A program made the position numbers and the translations under genes. Positions 60,736 through 64,000 of a stretch of DNA of 64,000 nt are shown in pieces. Location: the NCBI GenBank assembly GCA_013115125.1, contig JABANN010000009.1, positions 62,001 through 126,000 of the forward strand. The letters run 5' to 3'. Position 1 is the first letter of the stretch; each line of letters begins with the position of its first letter. Origin of the DNA: Perkinsus olseni (taxonomy: Eukaryota). The notes beneath the pieces are model-generated. The model ran no database searches. It saw only the letters and a list, made by a program, of their open reading frames with translations, and had not been told where the DNA came from.

Positions 60736-61224
60736 AGGCTATGCAGCGGTGCCAATAGTCACGTCAATGTCTATAAGAGTGTCGTCGCATTGCAGTTGAT
60801 CAATGATGGGCTGACCTGATAAAATGGTTGATAAGACTTCACCCTATCGCGTGCCATGAACCTCACTTAACCGAGACGTACATACCTACAGCAACCAACG
60901 CGCAGTCTGTCCCGGACGAGCCATCACCTGCAAATGTCGCAAACTGCATACTTAAGAGAGTCGACAGCAGTTCGCACGTGTCATTGACAAACATAAAACA
61001 CAATTGATTCTAAGAACGTGTTGGTATCGACACTTCGGGAGCATTCTCTGTCTGCTGCTGGAGTCTCTCTCTCACCGCTCTGCCGAATATCTCGCGGAAG
61101 AAACTGAAGAGGCCTGCTGAGTTTTCAGTGAATTTTCACATCACTGCCATGAGCACTCCTTGCCTGTCATTGGCTCTAGTAAACTCCGTAAAGTCGAATT
61201 CTCTCGATCTTAAGTTGAACGTTT

Positions 61225-64000
61225 CTACCCACTTCTTGAAGAGGGCGGGCTGGCCGTAAAACTGAGAGAAGCAGAGCAATCCGTCAACCACCGTCCCTGG
61301 AGCTTTTCACCTCCCTCAGTGTCCTCACGACCGCCTCTCCTTCGGCCTTGGATAAATCCGGAGAGACCAAGTCGGCCCGTAGAAGCGTGAGCTCCTAAAG
61401 AACGCAATTCGTACTGTACGTGGACATGAGATTAGTACCTTAGACTTGAGCAGGTCGTCATAGAAATTCAATACCATGAAAGGAGGCGCTTCTGTCGGGT
61501 TGCTCCGATAGTGGTCAAGGAAAGTCATTAGGCAGTACCTGAGTTGAGGTTGCATTCTCCTAATTTGCCACACGAACGGGATCCCGGATAAATTTCTCCA
61601 CGCCGATATTCACAAGATGAAGTTAACGAACGACCGTGGGAACGCCGATCATTCCCCGACGGAGGGAACTAGCCGCCGTGACCGTTAAGTACGATTAAGA
61701 ACCGAGTCGTTCAGTACTTTCCGTCCTGTATTTGGGAGACCATGTTGAAGTAGCCCTCGGGTTTCTGGACGGGAACGATGAACATGGGGCAGGCCAACGC
61801 ACTGAGGGAAGATAGAGTGATTCCCTCCGAACACATCCGATGGAGATCACAGAACTACTCACGCAGAGACCTTCAAAACAGAACCTTACTTTTTGTGGAA
61901 AATGTCCCACTCGGGTTTCGCTATGACCGCGCCGATCGACCGTGGCTTCCCATTAATATGTTCCAGCCACATCGATCCTGAATCAAAATTACTGATGAAC
62001 CGTGCCACGGTTACCGTGGTGTCTCAAACACCTTATCCTATCATCAAGCACCGGAAGAAAGTTCGCCAAGAAAGTAGGAGCTCTCGAGACTCCGAGTTGT
62101 CATGTATATTCCGACAATTCGAGCAAACCCCACCAGCTGATAGCACACGAAATCATATTCATCCTAATTATCAGAGAATCTTCACCCGAATCGGAGAGCC
62201 ATTCCCGCTGACCCGAGAACTTTTCCGCAGAAGAGGAATTCGAAGAACTCCGATTTGCGCCGAATCATTTGGTCCGTTGAGGGCCTCATTCCGAGGACGA
62301 TTCCATGACAATTAGAGGAGGGCATCTCTCAGAGGCGACTCCAGAGCCGATGGATGACATGGAAACACAACCCTACACGGCTGAAAATCCGACGCACATG
62401 TTCCTTTACAATAACGCCTCATCGGAAAACATGTAATACATCGGAGCTCCACTGAGACCGGGGTGTGGATATATAAACAGCAGTGCTATCACAACACCCC
62501 AACGTGAAGCAAGGTGATCAGCCCTGCCCATGGAGCATGGCGTCTCCGGCGTGATGAACCTCATACAGGGTCAGACCGGACGCATCATACACATCTTAGG
62601 CATACGCTGCCATTCTACAAGGTCTCCTGCGATCGAGAGCTCAGTTTAATTCACGGGACGCGGTGACCATTAACACGGCATGACTGTAAAACGTGGACGA
62701 ATTGACGGCATATGTTCTCATTGCCGAGCTACCATCGCCTTATCCATATCTATCATGCGTTGGACAACATTGCCACCCAGACTGCTCCCCCAAGCGTCGA
62801 TTCAATCGCTTTGAAAGACTCACACGTAGGTATCCACGTGTCTGTTGGGTATCAGGTAGAAGATTACTGGGAACATACTGCCCGACTCGGGCCGCACGAG
62901 TACTGTCAACTGCTGAGTCCACTTGGGGCAACACCGCTCGAATGTGCCGTCCATAGCCAAGTGTACCGCCAGCTGGTCTAATAAGCACCGAGTCCGACTC
63001 GGCCAGTCGTACCAGAGCAGGATGCGATTAGGGTCCTCCGACCCTGTGTCCAGTCAGAGGCTTGGTTGGTTCTTACCACCGACTCATACAGGTTTGCAGT
63101 CCTCTGGGATGATCCATCCCGTGTGAAGAAACACTCCTACGCTCCAAGGAGCGAGAGTTGGAAATTCCAACTTGGAATTTGTGTCATTCGGCCCGAAGCT
63201 CGGGCTCATCTGCATGCCCTCATACCAAGACAAGCGGTCAGCGCCACTGCCCTGGTACCAGGAAACCTCGGTCGCAACCTCAGCAGCTTAGGATCAGCGA
63301 CAGTGGCTCTCTCAGAGCCGTTATTGTGCCGCTAATATTGCTGATTAATATATCGGTGTTACGATCTCCATCCGCCAGGGCGGGCAGTAGAACTCATTGC
63401 GTCGCTACACCCAAGGCATCACCTCTCGTTCGACGTCTTACGAGGGGCCGCATTTGAGGGTATTCGCTTGTATCCATCAAAAGTATCACTGACCGCCTAC
63501 CCCAAACCGAGGGGCACGTGGGCTTTGAGCCCTCCACACCATTCAGGAGCTGAACCGAGGCAGCATATGCACCGCCTATCAGGTCCTTCCCATGACGATT
63601 TCCTACCGCGAATGGCAAACGGAAAATAGCGGAGGTCGCGCTCATTGAGTGAGGCTCAGCATAACTGCCCGATGTATTCCGAAGTTCGGAATCCGAACCC
63701 GTTGGCACGGAATGCACTGATGGAAGATAAAGGAAGCATGAATGAAGCATAAATGAAGTAAATGCATCGGGATCTCCCGCGTTCAGCAAAGTTATTCTGA
63801 AACTCAAAATCGATTTTAGAATCGCTCTGTACACGTAAAATGTGGTTCTCGAACCGATTCTGAGTTTCAGAATCGGCTTATTGAACGACCCCCCACTACT
63901 ACTTATTTTTACTGGCTCCTCTCTCTCGAACAGCGGCAGTCGTACTATCTCATTGAGCTTCTTTGGGATGGGCATGGTGAAGGTGGTTCTGGCCCACCTA
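61225..64000 (-). CDS. hypothetical multi-exon gene, 5'-partial (continues beyond the window)
   Basis: Exon-like frames bounded by AG/GT: WARTTFTMPIPKKLNEIVRLPLFEREEP; NRHGKDLIGGAYAASVQLL...; ALACPMFIVPVQKPEGYFNMVSQIQDGK; YCLMTFLDHYRSNPTEAPPFMVLNFYDDLLKSK. Confidence 0.4.
61998..62019. mobile_element. putative excision footprint, site AACCGTGG
   Basis: A-ACCGTG-C-CACGGT-T-ACCGTG-G, perfect. Confidence 0.75.
63157..63178. mobile_element. putative excision footprint, site GTTGGAAT
   Basis: G-TTGGAA-A-TTCCAA-C-TTGGAA-T, perfect. Confidence 0.75.
63677..63698. mobile_element. putative excision footprint, site TTCCGAAC
   Basis: T-TCCGAA-G-TTCGGA-A-TCCGAA-C, perfect. Confidence 0.75.

Noticed and set aside
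63394-63975. 193-aa contiguous minus-strand ORF
   Set aside because: Runs through a repeat remnant and a scar; better explained as short exons separated by introns
1-64000. Autonomous transposase, reverse transcriptase or prokaryotic defence system
   Set aside because: No DDE, hATC, RT (YxDD), integrase or Cas-like motifs recognised in any frame; the enzyme responsible for the scars must be encoded elsewhere or be extinct

Overview
Eukaryotic, gene-dense, roughly 50% GC DNA with many short (~45-60 nt) GT-AG introns and a few long ones. The compact layout, intron style and secreted-protein expansions suggest an alveolate protist such as Perkinsus (inference). Recognisable spliced genes: an RRM-like polyQ protein, an aldo-keto reductase, a SCY1-like pseudokinase with a duplicated exon, a VAMP7/longin R-SNARE, a cytochrome P450, a calmodulin-like protein, PheRS beta, an RBM25-like RRM/PWI splicing factor and a PP2C phosphatase. 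At 50-61 kb lies a cluster of two interleaved families of secreted proteins, three copies each, one copy pseudogenised. The most striking signal is a stereotyped, sequence-independent 22-bp scar of the form A-BCDEFG-h'-(BCDEFG)rc-a'-BCDEFG-H, i.e. an 8-bp site expanded by 14 bp. By eye I found at least 11 perfect copies, about 8 decayed copies and 4 long-armed variants. The geometry is what hairpin-mediated excision of an 8-bp-TSD (hAT-type) transposon would leave. Two copies carry internal controls: one frameshifts a gene whose paralogs lack it, and one interrupts one arm of an otherwise perfect palindrome. No transposase is visible. Also present are tRNA T-arm/B-box fragments in introns, a 36-bp hairpin tandem array and a candidate nested gene in VAMP7 introns. 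Exon boundaries were read by eye and are approximate.
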